A stretch of DNA of 64,000 nt from Candidatus Hydrogenedentota bacterium (GTDB taxonomy: Bacteria > Hydrogenedentota > Hydrogenedentia > Hydrogenedentales > CAITNO01), in contig JAAYJI010000005.1 in the NCBI GenBank assembly GCA_012523015.1, positions 871 to 64,870 of the forward strand, given 5' to 3'. Numbering within the stretch: position 1 is the first letter of the stretch; each line of letters begins with the position of its first letter. This document shows positions 1 to 9,699 of the stretch, one piece after another. A program made the position numbers and the translations under genes. The notes beneath the pieces were generated by a model that had not been told where the DNA came from, did no database searches, and saw nothing but the letters and a program-made list of their open reading frames with translations.

Positions 1-1
1 T

Positions 2-682
2 TTACCTGTCGTCGATGAGGCGGGCAAGCTTCAGGGTGTTGTCCGTCAAGTGGATGTGGTGGAGGAGTGGGGCGAGGAGCAAGGACGTACGCTGCTGCGC
101 ATGGGCGGTATCGCCTTTGGAGAAGAGTTCCGCAACATGCCGCTGTGGGAACGGAGCACGCGCCGTTTATCGTGGCTTTTTTTAAATATGATCTTGAGCA
201 TGGTCGCCGCCAGTGTGGTTCTCGGCCATCAAGAAACGGTCGATCGTCTCTTTATTCTCGTGTTCTTTATGCCCATCATCTGCAATATGAGCGGCTGCAC
301 CGGCAATCAATCGGTAGCGGTCAGTATTCGCGAACTCGCCCTAGGCTTAATTAAACCAGAAGACTTCAAACATGTCTGGTTCAAAGAAATACAGATCGGT
401 TTGATCAATGGTCTTCTTTTGGGCAGCGCCTTGGGATTGATTGCCGCCCTCTTTTCTCAAGATGGCGCAATCATGGGCGCAGTCATCGGCACAGCCTTCG
501 CCGTCAACACACTCGTTGCCGTATCGCTGGGTGGACTCATACCGCTGCTCCTGCGCAGAATGCGTATTGATCCCGCCTTGGGCGCGCCGCCCATGCTGAC
601 GACCCTCACCGATATGTGCGGATTTTTTGTGGTGTTGACCCTTGCACGGGCAGCCATTGAAGCGGGGCTTATCGGCGGCTAA
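2..682 (+). CDS. mgtE: Magnesium transporter MgtE, C-terminal part (5' end lies outside the window). The frame is open from position 2 and starts inside a CBS-domain motif (VVDEAGKLQGVV). It is followed by the MgtE transmembrane domain.
   Basis: Translation from nt 2 gives LPVVDEAGKLQGVVRQVDVV, followed by a five-TM-like hydrophobic region with the conserved MgtE acidic/Gly-rich segments; stop at 680-682. Confidence 0.85.
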   Translation, partial: LPVVDEAGKLQGVVRQVDVVEEWGEEQGRTLLRMGGIAFGEEFRNMPLWERSTRRLSWLFLNMILSMVAASVVLGHQETVDRLFILVFFMPIICNMSGCTGNQSVAVSIRELALGLIKPEDFKHVWFKEIQIGLINGLLLGSALGLIAALFSQDGAIMGAVIGTAFAVNTLVAVSLGGLIPLLLRRMRIDPALGAPPMLTTLTDMCGFFVVLTLARAAIEAGLIGG

Positions 683-709
683 GGGGAGAGCATAGACCAT
701 AAAATGGAA

Positions 710-738
710 GGGCTAAACGCAACACGGCGCTTTAGCCC
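710..738. terminator. Candidate bidirectional stem-loop terminator between convergent mgtE (+) and the glycosidase/MBL gene (-).
   Basis: Perfect 8-bp inverted repeat GGGCTAAA...TTTAGCCC with a 13-nt loop; on the minus strand it is followed by a T-rich tract (TTCCATTTT). Confidence 0.35.
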
Positions 739-908
739 TGTCCCCGTGCTCGAAACAGATTAAATAGTGTCTCCGCTTCCTTGTTCGATGTGGAGTGTGT
801 CTTTGATGTATTGGGTGATATCTCCGGGAATCTCATCGTATTCTGATCGGTGGACACGTCTTGCCCCGAAGTCAATCTTTACGCAATCCCGTTCATTCTA
901 TCACCTTA

Positions 909-2654
909 TCATTTAATCTTTTGCAGTCCTTTAAACATGAGGTAGTGTTGTTTTATGGGGCGCTTGTCCATCCAGCTGCGCACGCTTTTGGTTTGCCAGG
1001 GTCCTGAATCTTCCCCGGCGCCGGAATTATTATCCCAGAGCCATTTGGGCGTAGGCCACAGGCAATAGCTCGGATCAATGGCTTCGTAAACGGCTTCGCT
1101 CACGCCTTGTTGTCCATGATGTGCCATTTGCACGTAGTCGGAAGGCAGATAGGCGGCTTCAGGGCTTGCCATTAATTTATTGCCTCCTTCGACGCCGAGA
1201 TCAGCCAAGAACAAAACAGATTTGATGCCGTCATCAAAACGCAGCACCATGGACGAGTTGTTCAACGTATTCACGAGAATTTCAGGATTGCATACGCCGA
1301 GGACGCGAATGGAAATGCCGTCAATGGAAATGACTTGTCCCGGTGCGGGCATGAGCACTTCTTTCCCGCTCTTATCTACGGCATCGGTCAGTTCTTCATA
1401 GACTTTGAAGGAACCTTCGTCACAGTTCTTTTCAAACCATTCGCGGTCGGGGTAGGAGGCGTAGAGCGCGTTGATTTCCAAGCCCTCCGGATTGTTCAGC
1501 ACATCGGTCAGTGCTTGGCAATGATCAAGGTGAACGTGGGTCAGGAACCACGCTTCGACCTTGCCGCCCCGCGATTCTATAAAGCGCCGCAAATAGGGAG
1601 CGTTTTGGTAGTAGCCGCCGTCGATGACGATGAGTTTATTGTAGACGGTTTGGATGACATAAGACATCATCTGAGGCATGTCTCCATTGGGCAGCTGCCA
1701 CACCGTGAAAGATTGGTTCCGTTGGCGCAGGGCTTCTTTACTTTCTCCTTGCTCATAGGCGAAGACTTCGGAGTGCATCGTATAAAAACGATAGCCCGTG
1801 TCATGCTGCACCAAGATCGGACTGGACTTATCATTGTCCACAATGGGGTTGCCGCTGTACTTTTCCCAATGGATCAGGTCTGTTGAAGCCGCCACATTGG
1901 AGGTCCATTCTTGCGGCCAATTGCCGGGGATGAGCCCGTGGAAATAGGCGTAGTAAATGCCCTCATATTTGACAATCTGATCCATGGCGATCATGGCCTG
2001 ATCGTAATCGTCGGGTCCCCGTTCCAATACGGGTTCATCTTGCACATGAACCCATTTTTTGAGATCGGTGGAAGTGGCGAGCCAAATGGCTTCATCATCG
2101 CGCTCATAAAAGAGATACCAGACCTCATCTTCATACCAAACTGTTGGCGTGCCGAAGGGCCCCGGGTCAATGGCTTCACCATTGGTTTTTAAAATCGTTA
2201 ACTCCCCCTCTTCCTGCCAGTGAATGCGGTCTTTAGAAATCAAGAGATGGGTTTCATCATTATGATTCTCAGCGAACATATAATAGCTGCCGTCCACTTT
2301 TACGACGATCATATCTTCCACCCACATTTCCACGTCCAAGGGATTGTTCGCGTAGCGTTCCCAATGGAGTCCGTCGGCTGAAGTAGCGTAGCCCAGTTGT
2401 TTGCGGACACGCTTATCTGACGGATAGCCCGTATACCAAAGGTGATACATGCCCTCTTCGTAGAGGATCCATCCCCGCTCGCGCAGGTTTTCATCCCAAG
2501 CGCCTTCTCCGCCGCCTTCAAAGACCGGGTTTTCAAGGAGAGGCGTAAAGGCGACCAGTTCCGTTGGAAAAGGCAGCGAATCGGCGGCTGCCGCAGATGC
2601 GAAAGTAAGCGCGAGGCTGAGCATCAGCAGGGTGAGGATAAAGCGCGTAGGCAT
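909..2654 (-). CDS. Secreted two-domain protein: N-terminal beta-propeller glycosidase-like domain (GH43/GH32/GH130-like) fused to a C-terminal metallo-beta-lactamase-fold domain.
   Basis: Signal peptide MPTRFILTLLMLSLALTFASAAAA with AAGGAG RBS 8 nt upstream of this ATG (the longer ORF start at 2720 is probably an extension). N-terminal half rich in W/Y/D/E propeller-type motifs; C-terminal half has the MBL signature THVHLDHCQ ... MAHHG. Confidence 0.6.
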   Translation of the reverse strand: MPTRFILTLLMLSLALTFASAAAADSLPFPTELVAFTPLLENPVFEGGGEGAWDENLRERGWILYEEGMYHLWYTGYPSDKRVRKQLGYATSADGLHWERYANNPLDVEMWVEDMIVVKVDGSYYMFAENHNDETHLLISKDRIHWQEEGELTILKTNGEAIDPGPFGTPTVWYEDEVWYLFYERDDEAIWLATSTDLKKWVHVQDEPVLERGPDDYDQAMIAMDQIVKYEGIYYAYFHGLIPGNWPQEWTSNVAASTDLIHWEKYSGNPIVDNDKSSPILVQHDTGYRFYTMHSEVFAYEQGESKEALRQRNQSFTVWQLPNGDMPQMMSYVIQTVYNKLIVIDGGYYQNAPYLRRFIESRGGKVEAWFLTHVHLDHCQALTDVLNNPEGLEINALYASYPDREWFEKNCDEGSFKVYEELTDAVDKSGKEVLMPAPGQVISIDGISIRVLGVCNPEILVNTLNNSSMVLRFDDGIKSVLFLADLGVEGGNKLMASPEAAYLPSDYVQMAHHGQQGVSEAVYEAIDPSYCLWPTPKWLWDNNSGAGEDSGPWQTKSVRSWMDKRPIKQHYLMFKGLQKIK

Positions 2655-2760
2655 AGGGCGTAACTCCTTCATAATTGTGTATGCCCGGGATGGCCGCTCC
2701 GTAGAGGCGCGACACATCACCGGGCAATTATTAGATGCAGTATTCTTTAACTATCATAGA

Positions 2761-4065
2761 TCAGGGAAGGGTGAAAGCGTCCACTTCCTCGCCGTCTTCG
2801 TTGATAGCTTTGAAGCTCAAGCCGTCGGGACGTACATCGGTAACCCAGAAATGGGCAATTTGGCCTTCTTTCTCATTGTACCAGCGCGGTTCGGAATCAA
2901 CCTCTCGGGGATCAACGCCAAAGGTACCGTCGCCGAGATAAATGGTGCCTTCGCCCCTTTCGACAACTTTATTGTCTTTGAGGGGTCTCGAACGTTTGAA
3001 CACGTGGTCGTGATGTTCGTAGCCGATGGTGAGTCCATATTTGTCGAAGAGCGGGCCCCAGTGGGTACGTGCCATTTTCGAGGGAAGCCCTTCGAAATCA
3101 CGGTGCGCAGGGTAGAGGGGCACGTGATAGTTGGCAAATTTATATTTCACGTCTTTGTGTTTTTCAAGCTCTTTGCCAAGCCAGTCGGTCTGCCAGCCGT
3201 CAATGGAAATCAGATGGCCCGTATCTAAGAAGAAGATAACCACGTCATCGCTGAATTTCTTGGTGTGGAACACATATTTGCCTTGACGCCCGAAAAAGCC
3301 GAGATAGAAGGGCGAACGCATGTTGATATCATCGGAGATATAGGAGTTTGTTTCGTGGTTGCCGATGGCGGCTACCATGGGGATCATGCGGCCGTCGCTG
3401 GTGTGCATGAAGTCATCCCAGTTCTTGAACCACTGAATCCAGTCTACATATTCGGAGAAAAGGCCGTTGGCATAGGGAATGTCGCCGCCGATGGTCACAA
3501 AGTCCGGATCTTGCTCGCCTGCCCATTTCAGGAGCTTGCGCGCACGTTCACCGATATTCATGTCGCCGCCGTCCACAAAACGGAAAGGCTTATCGCCGCC
3601 GGGAAGGGTGCAGAAAGAACGTTCCGTCGTGTAGCCGTATTCGGGATCGCCGCCGACGAAATAATAGGTCTGACCCGGTTTCTGATCTTTCAACGTTGCC
3701 ATATAAATGGCGCGGCGGTCATACAATTCGATGAGCGTCTGGTAATAGGTTGCTTCAATCTTGTTCGCATAGGATTTCGGATTGCCGTCACGAGGAACGG
3801 TGTCATAGTAGACGGTTACACGACCGGTACGACGTTTGACACAGAGGTTCACGTCGATGGTCGTGGTCGGATCATCGGAATAAGTCAAGTAGGTGTGTAA
3901 GGGGCCGTCTTTGGGTTTGTCCGAAGCTGCCGCTGCCGGTGTGGCGGCCATAATGCTCGCCGCGCCGCCTGCGCCGCCTGCCATGGCTATGGAGGCGCCC
4001 ACCGCGCCGGTGCTCTTCAGAAAAGAGCGGCGTGAAGCGGTCAATTTCTCATCAGGATGTGTCAT
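2761..4065 (-). CDS. TAT-exported purple-acid-phosphatase-like metallophosphoesterase (calcineurin-like).
   Basis: Twin-arginine motif SRRSFLKS; metallophosphatase motifs GDMN, GNHE and HHDH in the canonical order; AGGAG RBS upstream of the ATG at 4065. Confidence 0.8.
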   Translation of the reverse strand: MTHPDEKLTASRRSFLKSTGAVGASIAMAGGAGGAASIMAATPAAAASDKPKDGPLHTYLTYSDDPTTTIDVNLCVKRRTGRVTVYYDTVPRDGNPKSYANKIEATYYQTLIELYDRRAIYMATLKDQKPGQTYYFVGGDPEYGYTTERSFCTLPGGDKPFRFVDGGDMNIGERARKLLKWAGEQDPDFVTIGGDIPYANGLFSEYVDWIQWFKNWDDFMHTSDGRMIPMVAAIGNHETNSYISDDINMRSPFYLGFFGRQGKYVFHTKKFSDDVVIFFLDTGHLISIDGWQTDWLGKELEKHKDVKYKFANYHVPLYPAHRDFEGLPSKMARTHWGPLFDKYGLTIGYEHHDHVFKRSRPLKDNKVVERGEGTIYLGDGTFGVDPREVDSEPRWYNEKEGQIAHFWVTDVRPDGLSFKAINEDGEEVDAFTLP

Positions 4066-4201
4066 TTTTTCTTGTCTCCTTTACTAGGTTCCGGAAGACG
4101 CCTTCGCCTTCCAATTTACATAAAAAAACAGTGAACTCTTTTTCGAGTCTAACAAAGCGATGTATATAAAAATAGTTTAAATAAGGACTTTCTATTTCCG
4201 T

Positions 4202-6076
4202 CTACGGTGTCGCCGTCGTGTTGGGATAATACTGCATGCGGAATTTTACGGCGAAGTCAGGCGACGCAGTACCCGTCAAAGTGATGCGGGATAATATCCC
4301 TTTTTTCTTGTTTGCTTTACAGATATCTTCCAGACTTTCCACCGCAAAGCTGCCCCCGTCACTTTGGATTTCGAGGGTGCCCGTGTCGGTCATAATCCGT
4401 ACCGTATCACCCTCGGCTTCTACGCGCTGCCAGGTCATGAGCGCTTCTTCCACGTCAAAGCTTCCTTCTTGGAAGTGAAAACGATCTTGCAGCGTCAAGC
4501 CTTGGGCCTGCAGTTGGATGATTCGTTCGGCCTCTTCTAATTCGGCCATAGCATAGGCGGCTTCAAAACGGATGCGTGTTCCTTTGTCGCCAAGCTGTTC
4601 AATGCTTCCGCTGCTGCGGGGACCCGTAGCCTGCAGCTTCCCTTGAATCCGTGGAACGCTGTGACCGTAGGAATTTGCAAAAATACTTTCATAGCGTTTG
4701 CCGCTGAAATAATCCCGGTTATACAGGCCCGCGCCGGGATCACAGAGATAAACCACTCCGTCTACGGCAACAATGAAACTGCCCACATCGTTATTATTAT
4801 GAGGTTCCGCGTTGTGACCCGCTTTCGCGATGACAGTCAGCGTGCCGCCTGAGACAGGGGTGGAGAGTTTGATGATTCCCGATTCGGGAAGGAACAGATC
4901 GGTGATGGGCAAATCTTTTTCAACGGTTTCTATTTCCCATAAGATATTGCGCAAGGCAAAATGGAATTGCCCTTGGGGCTGCGGCGAAGCCAACGCGGCA
5001 AGGGCTTTATTGCCCGTTCGTTTCGACAGATGACCGGCAAGGTAGGCGTCGATGGTGTTGCGTTCTTGGGAGTCGGCGAAGCTGGCGTAGGTGTTATTGC
5101 CTAAATAGACGGATAGGGGATAGGCGGCAATGGACGGCATTTTCTCATGGGCAAGCAAGTCAATTGCGCCTGCCGTGCGCACGCGCAGCATCTCCGCAAA
5201 GACCACATATTCACTGAGACCGTAACTCCAATAGCCTATGCCTTCCAAACAGGAGCCGTCTGTATGAAAACCCTTGTCAATAAAGCGTTCCAATTGTTGC
5301 ACAATCAGTGCCAGCGCTTGGGCAAGACGATCCTCGTCCTTTTCATAGAGGAGAAAGGCTTGTCCTACCGACCCGGCGCATACGCCCGTCCAATTGTTGA
5401 GTCCTCGGCTCCAGCCGTATTTTTCGCCATAGGTGAGGAAGGGGTCGAAAATACGGCGCGTTAATTCCTGATGAACACGTTCATGAATTTCTTTGGGTAA
5501 GGTATCGCCCAAGGTCGCGGCAATTTGCGCGAGCCAAGCGCCTGTTTCAGCGGCGGCAAGATCAATATAGGATGCATCTTTTTCGTGTGCAGGGAGAACC
5601 CAAGATGTTTCCTCGCAAATAGACCAGATCAGATCATTCACCCGATCCAAGCGCGTCAGATCATTGCTGAGCAATAGGACGAGGGCTTCACGGGCGAGCA
5701 AACTCCTTTTTTCGAAATAAGGCGTTTGAAAAGCGCTTCGGTCACCGGTCTTTTTAAATAGACGATACAAAGAGTAGGTGAGTTGGGGGAGTTCTGTCGT
5801 TGCTGCCGCCCCTTTGCCCCAGTCCACGAGCACAGCACTTACTGGCAGCGCGGCAAGCTCGCTTGGAGATAAGGCCTCCAATTCAGGGAAAAGCAGGGGG
5901 GAAGCGGGCGTGTTTTGCAGCAGCTGTTTCATCTGTTCTGCAGTCGGCCCCGCTGTTTCTTGCGGAGGACGCGCCTCTTCTCCATAGGCGGGAGCGAAGG
6001 CTGCGATGGAAAAATAAACCAGTGTCACAAGAGTGGCGCACACAAAATACGGTGGAGTTCGGTCGTTTTTAATCAT
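4202..6076 (-). CDS. Secreted heparinase II/III-like polysaccharide lyase family protein.
   Basis: N-terminal signal peptide; C-terminal region GHNAEPHNNNDVGSFIVAVDGVVYLCDPG matches the heparinase II/III C-terminal signature (GHxHxDxxSF). Confidence 0.6.
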   Translation of the reverse strand: MIKNDRTPPYFVCATLVTLVYFSIAAFAPAYGEEARPPQETAGPTAEQMKQLLQNTPASPLLFPELEALSPSELAALPVSAVLVDWGKGAAATTELPQLTYSLYRLFKKTGDRSAFQTPYFEKRSLLAREALVLLLSNDLTRLDRVNDLIWSICEETSWVLPAHEKDASYIDLAAAETGAWLAQIAATLGDTLPKEIHERVHQELTRRIFDPFLTYGEKYGWSRGLNNWTGVCAGSVGQAFLLYEKDEDRLAQALALIVQQLERFIDKGFHTDGSCLEGIGYWSYGLSEYVVFAEMLRVRTAGAIDLLAHEKMPSIAAYPLSVYLGNNTYASFADSQERNTIDAYLAGHLSKRTGNKALAALASPQPQGQFHFALRNILWEIETVEKDLPITDLFLPESGIIKLSTPVSGGTLTVIAKAGHNAEPHNNNDVGSFIVAVDGVVYLCDPGAGLYNRDYFSGKRYESIFANSYGHSVPRIQGKLQATGPRSSGSIEQLGDKGTRIRFEAAYAMAELEEAERIIQLQAQGLTLQDRFHFQEGSFDVEEALMTWQRVEAEGDTVRIMTDTGTLEIQSDGGSFAVESLEDICKANKKKGILSRITLTGTASPDFAVKFRMQYYPNTTATP

Positions 6077-6207
6077 GCTCGTGAGTATAACATAAAAAAA
6101 AACAAAATAAACACCTTTAAAATTTCGGTTCTAAAGTGCGAAAATAGATCAGAACGAAGCGGTATAAGAGCAACACCATGCACAAAGAGAGGACTACCCT
6201 TTCCTTT

Positions 6208-6238
6208 TTGTCAAGAACACAGCACTGTGGTATATAAT
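6208..6238 (+). promoter_or_regulatory. Sigma70-like promoter candidate for the 6295 gene, within the divergent intergenic region shared with the heparinase-like gene.
   Basis: TTGTCA (6208-6213), 17-nt spacer, TATATAAT (6231-6238), about 55 nt upstream of the start codon, in an AT-rich divergent region. Confidence 0.4.
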
Positions 6239-6294
6239 CATTTCTGCACAAATATCAGGTCAAATGCCCTAACGTTTGCCGGGAACAAGGAGGA

Positions 6295-7821
6295 TTGAGA
6301 ATGTGTACCTGTTGCATGAACCGCAGATCTTTTCTGGGGGTATCCTCAGCCTTGACGGCTGCCACAGCCGTAGGCGCTTTCTCGAAAGGAGCCGCGGCAG
6401 CGACGCCCGATTGGCCCGCTGATTATTGGGATGGGAACCGAAAGCCCCATACCTTGGGCAGACCCTTGCGCGTGCAGCCTATCCTGATGTACCGTACTCC
6501 TGAACCGCGGGTCCAAGACTCATGGAAATCGTGGGGCGGCATACAAACGGAGGAGGCGGCGGCCGAAGAAAAGCTGCGCATTACAGAAGAGTTGGAAAGC
6601 CTGAGCCGCCGAGCTGATTTTCCTCTCGAGCTGCTTCCCGTGGCGGCTATAAAAACCGAGGAAGAAGCGCAGCAGGCGCACGCGTCCAATCCCGACGTGG
6701 TGATTGTGTATCCCGCCACGGGCTCGGGGCAGCTGTTGCAAAGCGCGTTGTTGCCGGACGGTGGATTGATCTTTGTACGGCATCGTTCAGGCCCAGTCTA
6801 TTATTGGTATGAAGCCTTGAGTGTGCGTCAATTGACCAAAAGCGGAGAAGCAGCCGATCCGCGGCGCCGTGCTTCCGTGGAGGATGTGGTGGTAGATGAT
6901 ACGGATGAATTGCTTTGGCGGCTCCGCGCCCGATTTGCCGCACACAATTTCATGGGCGCTCGGGTTCTTGCCATCGGCGGCGCTCAGGGTAAATACGATG
7001 ACACTGCGCCGCAGTTCGCCCAAGACCGCTTTAAGATGGATATAGTCGACGCCTCCTACACGGATCTCGAAAAACGTATCGTGTCGGTGTTAGCTGACCC
7101 TAAGAAGATGGCGCTTTGTGAGACGTGGACCGATCAGTATCTCGCGCTGCCCCGTACGACGCTGAACACGGAACGGGATTTCGTCGTACGAAGTTTTATG
7201 CTCTACGGCATCTTCAAGGATCTTATGGAGGAAGCAGGCACAGACTTGATGACCATTAACCAGTGTATGAGCACCATTATCCCCATGTCCCAGACAACGG
7301 CTTGTCTGACCTTGGGCTTGTTGAACGATGAGGGACAGGTCGCTTTTTGTGAAGCGGATTTTGTAATTGTTCCTGCCGGCATCTTTTTGCGCTATCTGTC
7401 GGGCAAGCCCGTGTTCATGCACAACTCCACCTTTCCCCATAACGGTGTGGTCACCTGTGCTCATTGTACGGGGCCGCGGCGTATGGACGGCGTACACTAT
7501 GATCCGGCAGAGATCCTCACCCACTATGAATCGGAATATGGCGCGGCGCCGAAAGTGGAAATCCCCGTCGGCCAAGAGCTGACCTTTATCAGCCCTGAAT
7601 TCGCCACAGGCCGCTGGGTGGGGATACGCGGCGTTGTGGAAGATAATCCCTTCCTCGAGATTTGCCGATCCCAACAGGATGTGCGTATCCATGGCGATTG
7701 GCGGCGGCTCATCAACGAAGTGCGTGATTCCCACTGGATGATGGTTTACGGCGATTATCTCAAAGAGATTGCCTATGCCGCGCCTCAGATTGGCGTGACC
7801 GTGGACGCCATCACCGCCTAA
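6295..7821 (+). CDS. TAT-exported hypothetical protein (508 aa), function unknown.
   Basis: Twin-arginine motif NRRSFLGVSSALTAATAVGA; GGA-rich RBS (AAGGAGGA); long open frame with codon usage consistent with neighbours. No family recognised with confidence. Confidence 0.55.
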   Translation: MRMCTCCMNRRSFLGVSSALTAATAVGAFSKGAAAATPDWPADYWDGNRKPHTLGRPLRVQPILMYRTPEPRVQDSWKSWGGIQTEEAAAEEKLRITEELESLSRRADFPLELLPVAAIKTEEEAQQAHASNPDVVIVYPATGSGQLLQSALLPDGGLIFVRHRSGPVYYWYEALSVRQLTKSGEAADPRRRASVEDVVVDDTDELLWRLRARFAAHNFMGARVLAIGGAQGKYDDTAPQFAQDRFKMDIVDASYTDLEKRIVSVLADPKKMALCETWTDQYLALPRTTLNTERDFVVRSFMLYGIFKDLMEEAGTDLMTINQCMSTIIPMSQTTACLTLGLLNDEGQVAFCEADFVIVPAGIFLRYLSGKPVFMHNSTFPHNGVVTCAHCTGPRRMDGVHYDPAEILTHYESEYGAAPKVEIPVGQELTFISPEFATGRWVGIRGVVEDNPFLEICRSQQDVRIHGDWRRLINEVRDSHWMMVYGDYLKEIAYAAPQIGVTVDAITA

Positions 7822-7882
7822 TATAAAGAAGACGCCGTCCTCTCGCAAGAGCGACGGCGTCGAAGATAAAACAGTCTTGTCT

Positions 7883-9316
7883 TTAGCAGGGCAGTTCCCA
7901 GCCTTTGCGGTATTCTTTGCTGACGATTTCCGCGGGGTTAGACACGTTACGTGCCACGCCGTTCTGGTTGTCCCAGTGCAGTTTTTGACCGGATTTCACC
8001 ACCAGATTACCAAAGTTCACCATTTCCGTGAAGGGACCTGCGTAATCGAAATTCGAACAAGGCACTTTGCCCGTCTTAATGCCGCGGATCCAATCCAGAT
8101 AGGGGTTTTCATCGGGAATACGTTCTAAGGTCTCGTCGGGGAAGGTGTATTCTTTCATGGCGGCGTCGGGCAGCAGACGCGGATTGCCCGCATATTCGCC
8201 CGCCGTGATAATGCCTTTATCGCCGATGAAGAAGGAGCCGTTGAGATCCTCATCGCCGAGGACATCCCCTTCCGGGACTCCTGCCGGACGATCCGGGCGG
8301 TTATACACTTTTTCGCCTGTCTTTTCGTCTTGGTAATGACCGTCATACCAATACACATCGACGGGGGGCATGTCGCCGCGGGCGGGGAAGGAATATTTAA
8401 TGGTGGTGAGCAAGGGGAAGGTCTGATCGTTGCGCCCTTCCTGATGAACCACTTCCACCGTGTAATCGGAAGTTTCTACCAGCTTCAGCGCCATATAGGC
8501 ACCGTCCATAATGTGGCACGCCATGTCGCCGAGGGAACCGCCGCCAAAATCCTGCCATGCACGCCAGTCATGGGGCGCTAATTTGTGGTGGTAGGGACGC
8601 CAGGGCGCAGGGCCGATCCAACGATCCCAATCCAAGTTTTCCGGAGCCACTTCAGGCGGCAGCGGTTCGGCTAAGCCTTGGTTGTCCCACACAGGGCGAT
8701 GGGTCCAAACGTGGGCTTCACGGACATCGCCGATGGCGCCGCTCCAGATCATTTCGCAAAGGCTTCGTACGCCGTTGCCGCAGTGACCTTGGTTACCCAT
8801 TTGCGTCATGACGCCCGTCTCGGCGGCGATGTTTTTCAGCAGCCGCGCTTCAGCGACGGTATGGGTTAAGGGCTTTTGGACATAGACGTGTTTGCCCATT
8901 TTCATGGCCATATAGGCGGCAGGCGCGTGAATGTGGTCGGGCGTGGAAATGGTGACGGCATCAATTTCCGGCATCTTTTCAAGCATAATCCGAAAATCTT
9001 TAAACTGTTTGGCGTCGCGGAGCCGATAGAAACCTTCCTGGCAGCGATCCCAATCAACGTCGCACAGGGCAATCACGTTTTCGCCCAGGCGTTTACAGTT
9101 CATAATATCGCTGTAGCCTTTGCCGCCGGCGCCGATAGCAGCAACATTGACCTTTTCGTTAGGGGAGAGTTTTCTCGGTATAACGTTGGCCGTATTCGGG
9201 GTTACCGGCGGCGCGTCAATGATTTCTTTTCCGTTTTCCATGCGCACCGCGCCAAAGGCCATGCTGGTCGTAGTGGCGGCGAGAAATGCGCGGCGACTTA
9301 AACTGATACTGTCCAT
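7883..9316 (-). CDS. TAT-exported Gfo/Idh/MocA family NAD(P)-dependent oxidoreductase.
   Basis: Twin-arginine signal SRRAFLAATT; Rossmann motif VNVAAIGAGGKG; conserved EKP motif (VYVQKPLTH) typical of Gfo/Idh/MocA; AAGGAAAAG RBS. Confidence 0.85.
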   Translation of the reverse strand: MDSISLSRRAFLAATTTSMAFGAVRMENGKEIIDAPPVTPNTANVIPRKLSPNEKVNVAAIGAGGKGYSDIMNCKRLGENVIALCDVDWDRCQEGFYRLRDAKQFKDFRIMLEKMPEIDAVTISTPDHIHAPAAYMAMKMGKHVYVQKPLTHTVAEARLLKNIAAETGVMTQMGNQGHCGNGVRSLCEMIWSGAIGDVREAHVWTHRPVWDNQGLAEPLPPEVAPENLDWDRWIGPAPWRPYHHKLAPHDWRAWQDFGGGSLGDMACHIMDGAYMALKLVETSDYTVEVVHQEGRNDQTFPLLTTIKYSFPARGDMPPVDVYWYDGHYQDEKTGEKVYNRPDRPAGVPEGDVLGDEDLNGSFFIGDKGIITAGEYAGNPRLLPDAAMKEYTFPDETLERIPDENPYLDWIRGIKTGKVPCSNFDYAGPFTEMVNFGNLVVKSGQKLHWDNQNGVARNVSNPAEIVSKEYRKGWELPC

Positions 9317-9699
9317 ACTGACTTTTCCTTATGGTTGGTGAAATCTAAACAATTGCTTGCAACGTAAAAAGAGGATAACACGCATCCTAATCTTCAATCA
9401 AAAAGACTGTAAATCCCGACGATAAGTTTCCTCTAAGGTATAACCAGTACCTGCCTACTCCTTAATCAACGAATAAAAGCGATATCGTTGAAGTTTTGTA
9501 CATAGGTTCCATTGGTCGGGGAGGGTGTTTCTGCCGTAGGCGGCGCCCGGTGGCGATAGCTTCTTTTTTTCTCTGCCCATCTATGGCAACAAAAACGACT
9601 TGAGCTGTCAATCTTTTTTGCCCAAAGCTTCGGCTATTCATTTGATTTATACCTTTCTTCTCCACCACAATAGACGGCTGAAGTATTTCTTTTTTCCCG

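Noticed and set aside
7090-7848. A 252-aa minus-strand ORF antisense to the TAT hypothetical gene. Similar long antisense ORFs occur at 1335-1886, 2632-3228, 3265-3900, 19841-20467, 52233-52793 and 60350-60898.
   Set aside because: These are shadow ORFs typical of GC-rich coding DNA. They lie fully inside well-supported genes on the opposite strand, lack RBSs and have no recognisable motifs.
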